A DNA stretch of 64,000 nt, from positions 97-64,096 of the forward strand of contig JAAYIH010000046.1 of assembly GCA_012523545.1 (NCBI GenBank), given 5' to 3'. The notes under the pieces were generated by a model, which saw nothing but the letters and a program-made list of their open reading frames with translations, had not been told where the DNA came from and did not search any database. Below, in pieces: positions 45,465-55,060 of the stretch (the stretch's first letter is position 1; each line of letters starts with the position of its first letter). This DNA is from Bacillota bacterium. GTDB lineage: Bacteria > Bacillota > Proteinivoracia > UBA4975. The translations under genes were made by a program, and so were the position numbers.

Positions 45465-46106
45465 TCAAACAGATACTCCCGCCTCAGCCCGCCGCGCCCT
45501 GACGGCGGCGCCGATGGCCGCTTCCAGGGCCCGGGCGATGACCGGCACAGGCAGAGACGGCGGCGGTGAAGGCTTGCCGGCCGCCTGACTAATGTCATAG
45601 GGCACGTGGATAAAACCGCCCTGCATTTGGGGCCAGCGTTTGTCAATCCAGTACAGCAAGTGGTACATGACGTCGTTGCATACATAAGTGCCGGCACTGT
45701 AGGACAGCACCGCCGGAATTCCCTGCGCCCGTATGGCTTCTGCCATGGCCCGGGTGGGCAGGTTGCTGAAATAAGCTGCCGGGCCGTCGGCCATAATCGG
45801 CTCGTCGGCGGGCGCGTTGCCGCTGTTGTCGGGCATGGCAGCATCCCGGAGGTTGACGGCCACCCTTTCTACGGCAACGGCCGCCCGTCCGCCGGCCTGG
45901 CCGACGCAGATGGTAATCTCCGGGCGGTGAACTGCAACCAGTTGCGCCAGCACTTCGGCCCCCCGGCCGAACAGGACTGGCAACTGGGCTTTGACAATAT
46001 TTGCCCCTTCTATTTGGTCGGGAAGGATCTCCACAGCCTCCCAGGCGGGGTTAATCTTCTCCCCGCCAAAGGGGGCGAAGCCGGTAATAAGTACCTGCAC
46101 AGCCAT
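45465..46106 (-). CDS. pcp: Pyroglutamyl-peptidase I
   Basis: LITGF.PFGGE.INP, GQAGGR, ERVAVN, SAGTYVCN, GFIHVP. Confidence 0.95.
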   Translation of the reverse strand: MAVQVLITGFAPFGGEKINPAWEAVEILPDQIEGANIVKAQLPVLFGRGAEVLAQLVAVHRPEITICVGQAGGRAAVAVERVAVNLRDAAMPDNSGNAPADEPIMADGPAAYFSNLPTRAMAEAIRAQGIPAVLSYSAGTYVCNDVMYHLLYWIDKRWPQMQGGFIHVPYDISQAAGKPSPPPSLPVPVIARALEAAIGAAVRARRAEAGVSV

Positions 46107-46148
46107 CTTCCTCTCAGCCGTATGTTATTTCGCAGGCAGCGTTGCGGA

Positions 46149-47342
46149 TCAGAAACCGGCCTCGGTTTCGGCAGCCTGGTTTCCCCGGTTGCGCTCCGTC
46201 AACGCCTGCAGCAAATCGAAAAACAATTTAATGGACATGTGCCGGCGGGGATTAAAGGTGAAGCGGTACTTGGTCTTGCCCACGTAAAACTCAGCCATAT
46301 CCTCAAAGGTCAGGCTGAGACTTGCGATTCTGTCCACGGCAATGGACTCGCCCGCGTCCTTGTCTGCCCACACCACGGCGTCGGGGGTAAAGGTCATGTC
46401 CACCGTGCGCCTTTCCCTGGCCCCGCTGACGATATCTTTCTTTTCCAGGGCCACGCCCCGGTTGGCAAAGGAAAACCCTTCGGCAACGATGCGGGGCAGG
46501 TGACCGCGCTGCCACTGGTTCCAGGTCACGGTATCGGCGAAATCCCGGCAGCCCAGAATATCCCCGTATTCATTGTATATGTATTCCGACTTGCACCTGG
46601 TGCAGTGAAACTTGTCGCCCTGGGAAACCAATGAATCCTCGGCCTGGCAATGGGGACAGAGGTAGAGCAGCCGCTCTATGTGTTCGGCCAGGTTTTTGCC
46701 CGGAAAAGGAATGCGTACCCTGGCCTGCCAGGCGTACTCGTTATAAGCCAGCTTGTCGACCAGTCCGGCGTAGATTTCCTCTGCCGATTTTTCCCGGACT
46801 GCTTCCCTGCTGAACAGCTGTTTTATCTCCACCACCATTTTGCCGCGGCGGGGAAAGTCAGCCCACCGGGGCCTGCTCAGATAACCGCCTTTGTAAAAAA
46901 TTCCGTAGACGGGGATCCTGAGCAATTTAATCAGTTTGGCAGTGGCGGGAACCAGCCGGTCGGTGGCGCCGTCCCAGTTGCGTCCGCCTTCGGGATACAG
47001 GCCCACGGGGCGGCCGGCCTGGACATGGCGCACCAGCCGGCGAATGGACTTGGCATCACTGCGGTTCTTGGCAAAGGGTATGCTTTCCACCAGGGCCAGC
47101 AGGAACCTCTTGATCAGGCTGTCCTGGTTGGCATCCCCGGCAATGAATCGGACCAGGCGGTTGGCGCACATGTTGCCGATGACGGGGTCCAGATTGGTGA
47201 CGTGATGCCCCAGCAACAAGTACGGCTCCCGCACCTCCCTGAGGGGATTGGCCTCCACCGAGATGTTGAAAAGTCTCCTCAGATACCAGCTTACCGGCGG
47301 CTTCAAAACGTAGTAAAGCACCTCTCCGTGCGTAAGACGCAT
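46149..47342 (-). CDS. Lysophospholipid acyltransferase (PlsC-like) with C-terminal Cys motif domain
   Basis: HxxxxD (HVTNLD), LYPEG.R, CPHC...CTRC. Confidence 0.8.
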   Translation of the reverse strand: MRLTHGEVLYYVLKPPVSWYLRRLFNISVEANPLREVREPYLLLGHHVTNLDPVIGNMCANRLVRFIAGDANQDSLIKRFLLALVESIPFAKNRSDAKSIRRLVRHVQAGRPVGLYPEGGRNWDGATDRLVPATAKLIKLLRIPVYGIFYKGGYLSRPRWADFPRRGKMVVEIKQLFSREAVREKSAEEIYAGLVDKLAYNEYAWQARVRIPFPGKNLAEHIERLLYLCPHCQAEDSLVSQGDKFHCTRCKSEYIYNEYGDILGCRDFADTVTWNQWQRGHLPRIVAEGFSFANRGVALEKKDIVSGARERRTVDMTFTPDAVVWADKDAGESIAVDRIASLSLTFEDMAEFYVGKTKYRFTFNPRRHMSIKLFFDLLQALTERNRGNQAAETEAGF

Positions 47343-47448
47343 GTCTCCGCCTCCCCTAACACATAAGGTTGTAATAGTATTTTAGCACAACATCTGTGCA
47401 CTGACACCGCCTGTTAACAAAAACCTCCCCGCGGGGAGGTCGGCCTGC

Positions 47449-48981
47449 TTACATTAACGGGGCAAATATTCTCAGGATGTCCTGAATGAGGCGGAGGAAG
47501 GCGTTGCCGCAACAGTCTTCCATGGTGATGCGCTGGCTCTTGGCCAGGATTTCCAGAAAATCCTCTTTGACCTCGGCCACCGCCCGCGCTTTATACATCC
47601 ACACGGCGCACTCAAAGTGGAGATAGAGGCTGCGGTAATCCAGGTTGATGGTGCCGACGACGGCGATTTTGTCGTCGGCCACAAAGGTCTTGGCGTGGTT
47701 AAAGCCCTGGGAATACTCGTATATCTTGACGCCGGCGGCAATCAATTCCCGGTAATAGGAGCGGGTGGTCAAGTGTACCAGCTTTTTGTCGCCCTGGCGG
47801 GGGGTGACAATACGCACATCCACTCCGCTCTTGGCTGCCTGCTTGAGGGCTGTGAGCATGACCTCGTCGATGATGAGGTAGGGGGTACTGATGTAGACGT
47901 ATTCCCGGGCGCCGGAGATGATTTCCAGGTAGACGTATTCGCCCACGTATTCGTTGTCCATGGGGCTGTCGGCGTACGGCAGCACCCAGCCGTCGGAAGG
48001 GACGGGGCAGGGTTGTCCCTGCCAGGGGCGGAATTTGCTGTAATCCTCCCGGGTTCCGGTGGCCAAAGCCCACATCTGCAGGAACATCAGGGTCAGGCTC
48101 CACACCGCCTCGCCCCGGATCATGATGGCCGAGTCTTTCCAGTGTCCGAAGCGCTCGACGGCGTTGATGTACTCATCGGCCAGGTTGACGCCGCCGGTAA
48201 AGGCCACTTCTCCGTCGATGACGGCAATTTTGCGGTGGTCCCGGTTGTTTTGCAGCGTGGAGATTACCGGCCTGTACTTGTTAAAAACGGCGCTTTTTAT
48301 GCCGTACTCGGCCAGTATTTTGGGATAATTGGCGGGCAGGCGCAACATGCAGCCCATGTCGTCATACAGGAAGCGGACCTCCACTCCCTCTTTGGCCTTT
48401 TTCTTGAGGATCTCCAAAATGGAGTCCCACATCAGCCCCTCCTGCACTATGAAGTACTCCAGGAAAATATAGCGCCGGGCCTTTTCCAGTTCTTCCTTCA
48501 GTTTGGCGAACTTCTCTTCCCCCAGGCTGAGGTAGAAGGTCTCGGTATTGCGATAGAGGGGGAATCCCACCCAGTTTTGCAGGTAGCGGGCGGTACGCAG
48601 GATTTCCCCGTTCTCGGCCTCGGCTGCGGGGAGACAGTCTTCCCGGGGAGCAAAGAGGGGCCGCGTTTCCTCGACAATTTGCCTGAACCTGGCTTTGGCC
48701 TTTCTGGTGGTGGACTGAAAGGTAAACAGCAGGTAGAACAGTCCCCCAAAAACCGGGAAGGCGAGGATGAGGATGACCCAGGACAGTTTGTACGCAGGCT
48801 TGTCCTCGCGGTTGAAAATATACAGGGCCACGCCCAAACTGACGACGGTCAGTATGGCGGTGACCAGCTCAAAGCGCTGGCTGGAGGAAATCACCAGGAC
48901 AACCAGCAGCGTAATTTGCAACAATATCAGGATTGAAACAAGGACGGGCTGGGAAAAGAGTACTCCGAGTTTTTTTAGCAC
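47449..48981 (-). CDS. cls: Cardiolipin synthase
   Basis: Two HKD motifs (HRKIAVIDG, HAKTFVADD), N-terminal TM helices, GTINLDYRS. Confidence 0.93.
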   Translation of the reverse strand: MLKKLGVLFSQPVLVSILILLQITLLVVLVISSSQRFELVTAILTVVSLGVALYIFNREDKPAYKLSWVILILAFPVFGGLFYLLFTFQSTTRKAKARFRQIVEETRPLFAPREDCLPAAEAENGEILRTARYLQNWVGFPLYRNTETFYLSLGEEKFAKLKEELEKARRYIFLEYFIVQEGLMWDSILEILKKKAKEGVEVRFLYDDMGCMLRLPANYPKILAEYGIKSAVFNKYRPVISTLQNNRDHRKIAVIDGEVAFTGGVNLADEYINAVERFGHWKDSAIMIRGEAVWSLTLMFLQMWALATGTREDYSKFRPWQGQPCPVPSDGWVLPYADSPMDNEYVGEYVYLEIISGAREYVYISTPYLIIDEVMLTALKQAAKSGVDVRIVTPRQGDKKLVHLTTRSYYRELIAAGVKIYEYSQGFNHAKTFVADDKIAVVGTINLDYRSLYLHFECAVWMYKARAVAEVKEDFLEILAKSQRITMEDCCGNAFLRLIQDILRIFAPLM

Positions 48982-49071
48982 TGCACTTCCCCCCTTCTCA
49001 GAAAGCAGAGGCTAATTGCTGCATTATATTGCGCCGGGAAAACAAGGTTTGCTTCCCGGCCCGCCGGCGGC

Positions 49072-50502
49072 TCATCCCGAAAGCAGCGCGAGAATGTTCC
49101 TGGCTGCCCACACCCCCGAAGCGCTGGCCTGGGCCAGGCCCCGGGTAATGCCGGCGCCGTCGCCGCCGCAGAAAAGGCCCCGAATTTCCGTCTCCAGGCG
49201 TTCAGTCAGCATGGGCCGCGCCGAGTAGAATTTGGCCTCGACGCCGTAGCACAGCGTGTGTTCCGAAGCTATCCCCGGCGTCACCTTGTCCAGGGCGCAG
49301 ATCATTTCCAGAATGCTCTTCATGGTGTTGTAGGGCAAAACAAGCCCCAAATCCCCGGGCACGGCTTCCTTGAGGGTGGGCTCGATAAAGCTTTCCCGGA
49401 TGCGCTTTTCGGTGGAGCGCCTGCCCCGCATGATGTCGCCGAACTTCTGGATGATGACCCCGCCGTTGGTAAGGTCATTGGCCCGGCGACAGATCTCCCG
49501 GGCATATTCGTTGGGCTTGTTGAAAGGCTCGGTGAATTTGTGGGAAACCAGCAAAGCGAAATTGGTATTGCCGGAGCCCAGGCCGGGGTCATTGTAAGCA
49601 TGCCCGTTGACGGCAATGACGCCGCTGTGATTCTCAATGACCACGTGGCCCGAGGGATTGCTGCAAAAGGTCCTGACCTGGGTGCCCACCGAGGTGTTGT
49701 ACAAAAACTTGCCCTCGTAGAGGTGCTCGTTGATTTCCCGCATGACGATGTCAGAAGTCTCGACCCGGACTCCCACATCCACCTGGTTGTTGACCATGTG
49801 CAGGCCCCGCGCTGCCAGGATTTCCGTCAACCAGCCGGAACCGTCCCGGCCCGGCGCAATGAACACGCACTTGCTTTCGATTTCCCGGCCGTCCTTCAGG
49901 ACAACGCCCTTTACGCGCAAGGGGTCCTTTCCCTCGGTGACTATATCCTGCACCTCGGCGCCGAAGAGCATGTCAATTCTGGTCGCCAGGTGCTCGTAAA
50001 TGGACTTGAGAATACGCATGTTCTCTTCGGTACCCAGATGACGTACCCTGGCCCGGAGCAGCTTCAGGCCCGCCGCCCAGGCCCTGGATTCAATTTTCCG
50101 CACCGCCTCGGTATCCGGATCGGTGAGGACGTTGGTGGCGCCGTGCTTGAGGTTAATGTCGTCGACGTAGCGGATTAAGCTCTCCACCTGGGAAGGGCGG
50201 AGGTAATCGGTGAGCCAGCCCCCGAACTCGGTGGTTATGTTGAACTTGCCGTCGCTCCAGGCGCCAGCCCCGCCGAAGCCGTTGGTCACCGAGCAGGCGG
50301 GGAGACAGCCGGGGAACTGGTTGCCCTTGGGCCGGGGACACAGCTTTATCTTTCCTTCCAGAACAGGACAGTTGCGATGGTATATGTCATTGCCCTTGTC
50401 AATCATCAGTATCCTGATCTGCGGCGCCCGCAGGTTCAATTCATAGCAGGCAAAAATGCCGGCAGGGCCGGCGCCGACCACTACGACATCGTACTTGGCC
50501 AT
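49072..50502 (-). CDS. NAD(P)/FAD-dependent oxidoreductase (uncharacterised family)
   Basis: VGAGPAG, GFGGAGAWSDGK, VD.GVRVE, RTFC.NP.G, GDGAGITRGL.QA. Confidence 0.85.
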   Translation of the reverse strand: MAKYDVVVVGAGPAGIFACYELNLRAPQIRILMIDKGNDIYHRNCPVLEGKIKLCPRPKGNQFPGCLPACSVTNGFGGAGAWSDGKFNITTEFGGWLTDYLRPSQVESLIRYVDDINLKHGATNVLTDPDTEAVRKIESRAWAAGLKLLRARVRHLGTEENMRILKSIYEHLATRIDMLFGAEVQDIVTEGKDPLRVKGVVLKDGREIESKCVFIAPGRDGSGWLTEILAARGLHMVNNQVDVGVRVETSDIVMREINEHLYEGKFLYNTSVGTQVRTFCSNPSGHVVIENHSGVIAVNGHAYNDPGLGSGNTNFALLVSHKFTEPFNKPNEYAREICRRANDLTNGGVIIQKFGDIMRGRRSTEKRIRESFIEPTLKEAVPGDLGLVLPYNTMKSILEMICALDKVTPGIASEHTLCYGVEAKFYSARPMLTERLETEIRGLFCGGDGAGITRGLAQASASGVWAARNILALLSG

Positions 50503-50629
50503 TGCCATCATCCCCATATAATTTTTCCTGCCTCCATTATACCACAGCGGCGCGCAGCGCTTTTCCCAAACGGCCTGCCCGAACGGTGTGATATAATTGG
50601 GAGTACCAACGGGAAAGGGTGATACATAA

Positions 50630-51418
50630 TTGACAGTCAAGTTTAAGATGTGGAGTCCTTTTCACTACTTTATGATAATCTTCCCCTTTGTCCTCGCCCT
50701 CATATTATATTTCTTCACCAAGGACAAGGCGGAGAAAACCCACAGAAGGGTAACCGTCGTCCTGTCCATAGTCATGATTGCCGTGCTGATTATGCGAAAC
50801 ACATATATCTGGGTCAACAAAGGCGGCCCCAACCCCGAGGTCTTTCCCTTCCAGATCTGCCACTTCGGCAACTTCATGTTCCTCATCGCCCTGCTGGCCA
50901 GGGACAAGGTATGGGGTACCATTGCCTGGTGCCTCAACTTTCCCGCAGGGCTGGTGTCCGTCATCTTCGCCGACGGCCTGGAAGCCAATTACGCCACCCT
51001 GATAAACCCTCAGGCCATAGCGTACATTGCCGGGCACATGCTCATCGTCACCACGGGGCTGTACATGCTGCTGACGGGCCTCATAAGGATTGACCGCCGC
51101 TCGCTGCTCAAGATGTACGGGCTGGCCGGTCTGGGTTACGTTCTCTCGGTGCTGGTCAACAACTGGTTCAACAAGCTCTTTGCCCACACCGGCGTCGACG
51201 CCAACTACTTTTACTCCTACAAACCCGAAGCCGGCACTCCCCTGGAGACGATGTTCAACATGGGGACAAGCTACACCATCGCCGGCATCACCTTTAACCC
51301 CGTTTACCTCCTCCTGGTGGCAGCTGTGGCGGCAGTACTGTTCATGGTGATGTACGGCTTTTACACACTGGCCGAGCCCGCCCGGCCCAGGAAGTACACA
51401 GTAAAGGCAAAAGCCTGA
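50630..51418 (+). CDS. YwaF/TMEM164-like integral membrane protein
   Basis: F.MWS..HY, PFQICH, H.LIV, NY.Y motifs; about 7 TM helices. Confidence 0.7.
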   Translation: MTVKFKMWSPFHYFMIIFPFVLALILYFFTKDKAEKTHRRVTVVLSIVMIAVLIMRNTYIWVNKGGPNPEVFPFQICHFGNFMFLIALLARDKVWGTIAWCLNFPAGLVSVIFADGLEANYATLINPQAIAYIAGHMLIVTTGLYMLLTGLIRIDRRSLLKMYGLAGLGYVLSVLVNNWFNKLFAHTGVDANYFYSYKPEAGTPLETMFNMGTSYTIAGITFNPVYLLLVAAVAAVLFMVMYGFYTLAEPARPRKYTVKAKA

Positions 51419-51429
51419 AGCCCGGAAAC

Positions 51430-52098
51430 CTATCTGGGCAAAAGCAGGCTCCACGGGTGGACGTCCCGGGGCCAGAGGGTAAATGTCATACGCTCCCGGC
51501 GGGTGGGGTGCAGGCAGGAAATTTGATGGCAAAACAATGCCAGTTGCTGCCCCGGCGTGTTGACGGCGGCCCCGTACTTCTGGTCTCCGTACAGGGGATG
51601 GCCGATGGCGGCAAACTGGACGCGGACCTGATGGGGGCGGCCGGTGACCAGGTTGACCTCCACCAGGCTGAGGCCGTCGGCTGAACGCAGGCGCCGGTAT
51701 TCCAGCACGGCCTCCTTCCCCTCCCCCCGGCCCGCCACGGCGACGGTGTTGGTGCGCGCGTCCTTGACCAGGTAGTGCACCAGGCGGTCCGCTGCTTTGG
51801 GCCGGCCGTGCACCACGGCCAGGTACAGCTTTTCCAGTTCCCGGTTGCGCACCTGCTCCGACAGGCGCGCCGCCGCCTTGGAGGTCTTGGCCAGGATCAT
51901 CACCCCGCCCACCGGCCTGTCCAGCCGATGCACCAGGCCCAGGTAGACGTTGCCGGGCTTGTTGTAGCGGACCTTTAAATCCTGTTTGAGGATGGAGAGC
52001 AAGTCCCTGTCCCCGGTCCTGTCCGCCTGGGTAAGGAGATTTACCGGCTTGTTGACCACCAGCAGGTGGTTGTCTTCGTAGATAATCGGTATTTCCAT
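51430..52098 (-). CDS. RluA family pseudouridine synthase
   Basis: YEDNHLLVVNKP, VHRLDRPVGG, TGRPHQVR, HPLYGDQKY. Confidence 0.92.
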   Translation of the reverse strand: MEIPIIYEDNHLLVVNKPVNLLTQADRTGDRDLLSILKQDLKVRYNKPGNVYLGLVHRLDRPVGGVMILAKTSKAAARLSEQVRNRELEKLYLAVVHGRPKAADRLVHYLVKDARTNTVAVAGRGEGKEAVLEYRRLRSADGLSLVEVNLVTGRPHQVRVQFAAIGHPLYGDQKYGAAVNTPGQQLALFCHQISCLHPTRRERMTFTLWPRDVHPWSLLLPR

Positions 52099-52309
52099 TG
52101 CCTTCCCCTCTTTCCGGATATTGCCGGGGATCCCCCTGCCGCGCGCAAGGGGGTTTTCTTTTTGTCTGCGCCACTGCGCCGCCTCTATTTTACCAAAACC
52201 CGGGCACAAAACCGAATGGTCCGCCTCAAGGCTGGCAAAAATTGTCCCTGGCTGAAATTATGTAAACATGGTAACATAATCCGTATACTACAGCACAAGG
52301 GTGGATTGC

Positions 52310-53413
52310 ATGACAAAACATACGCGGCTCATTTCCATGCTGGTAATTTTTTTGGTCTTCGTTATTGGGACAAGCCTTGCCTGGCGCAGCATATGCGTGC
52401 AAAAGAATACCAGTGCAGAGGTCCCGGAAGCCGCCGGACCCATGGAAACCAGCGGCGCTGAATACTCCGCCGCCGAAGCTGAACCGGACCCCCCGCCTGT
52501 TGCAGAGGAAAGCCGGGAAAATGATGAACAGCAAGCTGCCGCCGCGGCGCCGGACAGCCGGGACGTAAGAGCCAAACAGTCCCCCGCCGCCCCGGAGAAA
52601 AAAGAGAAAGCTGCGCCCGCCCCGGCAGCGCCCCCACCGCAGCCGAAAGCAACTTCAATGGTCACAGTAACCGTCGACGGACTCAATGTCCGGCCCGCCC
52701 CTTCCACCGCCAACCAGCCCATCGGCGTGCTCATGCGCGGGCAAAGGGTGGAAGTGCTGGAAAAGGAAGGCAACTGGCTTAAAGTGAAACTGGCCGACGG
52801 CACCACAGCCTGGATTGCCGCCGCCTATACCGTTCCGTACATCCCCGGCAGCTCCGGCGGCAAGCTGGCAGGCCGGGTTATAGCAATCGACCCCGGCCAC
52901 GGCGGGAGCGACCCCGGCGCGGTGGGCGTAACCGGTCTGCCGGAAAAAGAAGTGGTGTTGGACGTGGCCCTGCGCCTGGCCCAAAAGCTCCGCGCCCAGG
53001 GAGCCCAGGTCGTCATGACCCGGGACAGCGACGTCTTTATTCCGCTGGGACAGCGGGTGGCCATTGCCGAGGCCGCCGGCGCTGAAATCTACGTCAGCGT
53101 GCACGCCAACGCCCATCCCAGCCCCGCCATTGGCGGCACCGAAACCTATTATTATCCGTACAAGGGATCTGCAGCGGCATCCTCCCGCCTGGCCGACAGC
53201 CTGCAAAGGGAGCTGGCCGGCGCCCTGGGCCTGCGGGACATCGGGGTCAAAACCGCCGACTTCCTGGTCATCAGGCAAACTTCCATGCCCTCGGCACTGG
53301 TGGAGTTGGGTTTCCTGTCCAACGCCGGCGAAGAAGCTCTTTTGCGCACCCCGGAATTTCGCCAAAAGGCCGCCGATGCCCTGGCCCGCGCCGTGCAGGA
53401 GTACCTCAAGTAG
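52310..53413 (+). CDS. N-acetylmuramoyl-L-alanine amidase (Amidase_3) with SH3b domain
   Basis: N-terminal TM, Pro/Ala-rich linker, LNVR..P...GNW SH3b, IDPGHGG.DPGA, EK, SVHANA, LVELGF.SN. Confidence 0.92.
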   Translation: MTKHTRLISMLVIFLVFVIGTSLAWRSICVQKNTSAEVPEAAGPMETSGAEYSAAEAEPDPPPVAEESRENDEQQAAAAAPDSRDVRAKQSPAAPEKKEKAAPAPAAPPPQPKATSMVTVTVDGLNVRPAPSTANQPIGVLMRGQRVEVLEKEGNWLKVKLADGTTAWIAAAYTVPYIPGSSGGKLAGRVIAIDPGHGGSDPGAVGVTGLPEKEVVLDVALRLAQKLRAQGAQVVMTRDSDVFIPLGQRVAIAEAAGAEIYVSVHANAHPSPAIGGTETYYYPYKGSAAASSRLADSLQRELAGALGLRDIGVKTADFLVIRQTSMPSALVELGFLSNAGEEALLRTPEFRQKAADALARAVQEYLK

Positions 53414-53463
53414 CGCAATGACAAAAGATTAACCCCGGGAGGCAAAGCTCCAGGGGTTTTGCT

Positions 53464-53580
53464 TTACATAGTTTCAATGCGCAGGGCGTCGACGATGTTT
53501 TCCTTGCCAATCCGTGCGCTGGCATAGAACATAGTGGCAAATACCACCGCCAGCACCGCGGCGCTCGCGGTGACAAAGTC
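53464..53580 (-). pseudogene. Orphan 3' fragment of an FtsX-type ABC permease gene
   Basis: FVTASAAVLAVVFATMFYASARIGKENIVDALRIETM* matches the last TM plus the N(I/P)(I/V)DALR terminus; no start of its own. Confidence 0.55.
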
Positions 53581-53584
53581 CTTT

Positions 53585-54172
53585 TTAATGCTCGATCCCC
53601 CGGCGCGCATCGACGCCCCTGGCATAATAGTGCTTGACCTCCCGCATCTCGGTGACCAGGTCGGCCTTTTCAATCAGTTCCGGCGGGGCGCCCCGCCCCG
53701 TCAGCACCAACTCCACCCCGGGCGCCTTGCCGTCGATGAGGGCGCAGACGTCCTCCCACTGGACCAGGCCGAAATGCAGCGCCACCACCAGTTCGTCCAA
53801 AATGACCACCTGGTACTGGCCGCTGCTGACGGCGGCCCGGGCCATTTCCAGCCCCTTTTTCATCAGTTCGACGTATTCCCGGGGAGGCTGCCCCGGCGGA
53901 AAGATGACGGCCTGTTGCCGCCATTTTTCCAGCTCCTCCTCGGGCACCGTCCCCTCCTTAACGACAAAGAAAGGCTTGCCCAGGGCCTCCACCGTGAGAT
54001 TGGGGGAAAGCTGGAGTAAGATCTTGTGTTCGCTGTAGCTTTTGGTCTTCATAAACTGCAGGAACAGCACCTTCTTCCCGGCGCCCACGGCCCTGAGCGC
54101 CAAACCGATGGCCGCCGTGGTCTTGCCCTTGCCGTTGCCGGTGTAAACCTGCACGTAGCCCTTAAAACCCAT
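53585..54172 (-). CDS. cobO: Cob(I)yrinic acid a,c-diamide adenosyltransferase (CobA/CobO/BtuR)
   Basis: VYTGNGKGKTTAA.GLALRA.G, QFMK, ILDE, LTGR.AP, ADLVTEM..VKH, RRGIE. Confidence 0.92.
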   Translation of the reverse strand: MGFKGYVQVYTGNGKGKTTAAIGLALRAVGAGKKVLFLQFMKTKSYSEHKILLQLSPNLTVEALGKPFFVVKEGTVPEEELEKWRQQAVIFPPGQPPREYVELMKKGLEMARAAVSSGQYQVVILDELVVALHFGLVQWEDVCALIDGKAPGVELVLTGRGAPPELIEKADLVTEMREVKHYYARGVDARRGIEH

Positions 54173-54382
54173 GCGCAATCTCCTTTTCCTCTGAATTCTG
54201 TGCCTGTATTCTCTAAATTATATCATGAGCATGGCTTGCAGGCTAACGCCGCGACCAGGCGTCCCTTCTCATCTGCTTGTCCCCTGCCCAGACCCAATAT
54301 AATGCTGCGCCCTTAAGTTAGCCATTGGAAACCCTGTCCTATAATTTAGGCGTTGCCCGTTTAACCCAACGCCTTGCCGCTC

Positions 54383-54946
54383 TTAACGGATATGAAACTG
54401 GGCGATTATCCCCCGGGACATTTCATCAGCCATCATCAGGGATTGCAGCTCAATTTCATCATACACGGACACGCTGACCTGATAATCGCCCCTCAGCATG
54501 GTAACCGCCTCCTCCAGGACGAGATCCAAATGGGCAAACATCATCCTCTGCCATAATCTGCGCGACCAGAAAGGGTTAATGCTGCTCAAAAAATCCGCTA
54601 TTGCTTCGGCATTGGCATACCAAAGCCTCTTGGCTTCTTGGGCGGCTTCTTCATCGCCCTCTTTGGAGGCGGTAATAATATCGGCGGCAAGCAGAAGATG
54701 TTCCTGCAGCAGTTCGCGGAATTGAGCTGCAGTTCTCCTGCCGTAAAAAGGGCTCAGGCCCATTTCAAAGTCCTCGGGATTGCGCAGCAATCTGGCTACC
54801 ACCGGCTCCACATCCGGCAAAGCAAAGACCAGGCTGGAGATGGTTGCCCTGGTCCATACATCGTGTTGCTCCCATAACAAGCGAAAAGTATTCATCAATT
54901 CTAATTGGGCCCTGGTAATTTTGTCCGGAAAGTTCTCTGGATTCAT
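54383..54946 (-). CDS. Conserved helical protein (LWEQH..WTR family), probably sporulation-associated
   Basis: LWEQH.VWTR, RLLRNP.DF, L.EHL..A, WY.NA..IA.FL..INP.W; upstream CATATACTG -10-like element. Confidence 0.75.
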   Translation of the reverse strand: MNPENFPDKITRAQLELMNTFRLLWEQHDVWTRATISSLVFALPDVEPVVARLLRNPEDFEMGLSPFYGRRTAAQFRELLQEHLLLAADIITASKEGDEEAAQEAKRLWYANAEAIADFLSSINPFWSRRLWQRMMFAHLDLVLEEAVTMLRGDYQVSVSVYDEIELQSLMMADEMSRGIIAQFHIR

Positions 54947-55060
54947 TCTTTCACCTCCCCTTTTTCAGTATATGGCCCCAGGGCCCGAACCGGGTAAAAC
55001 CAGACTCTGTGCATTCCCCCCAAGACAAATGGCCAGGGGGCCTCCCCTGGCCATGCTACC

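Noticed and set aside
50705-52174. 489-aa minus-strand ORF
   Set aside because: Alternative frame over the RluA gene and antisense to the YwaF-like gene; low-complexity Gly/Pro/Arg composition
52100-52300. c-di-GMP or c-di-AMP riboswitch upstream of the amidase
   Set aside because: Only a GC-rich hairpin; GEMM and ydaO consensus elements are not recognisable
54180-54380. Cobalamin riboswitch upstream of cobO
   Set aside because: No B12-box or conserved core found; a TATAAT lies close to the RBS, leaving no room for a long leader
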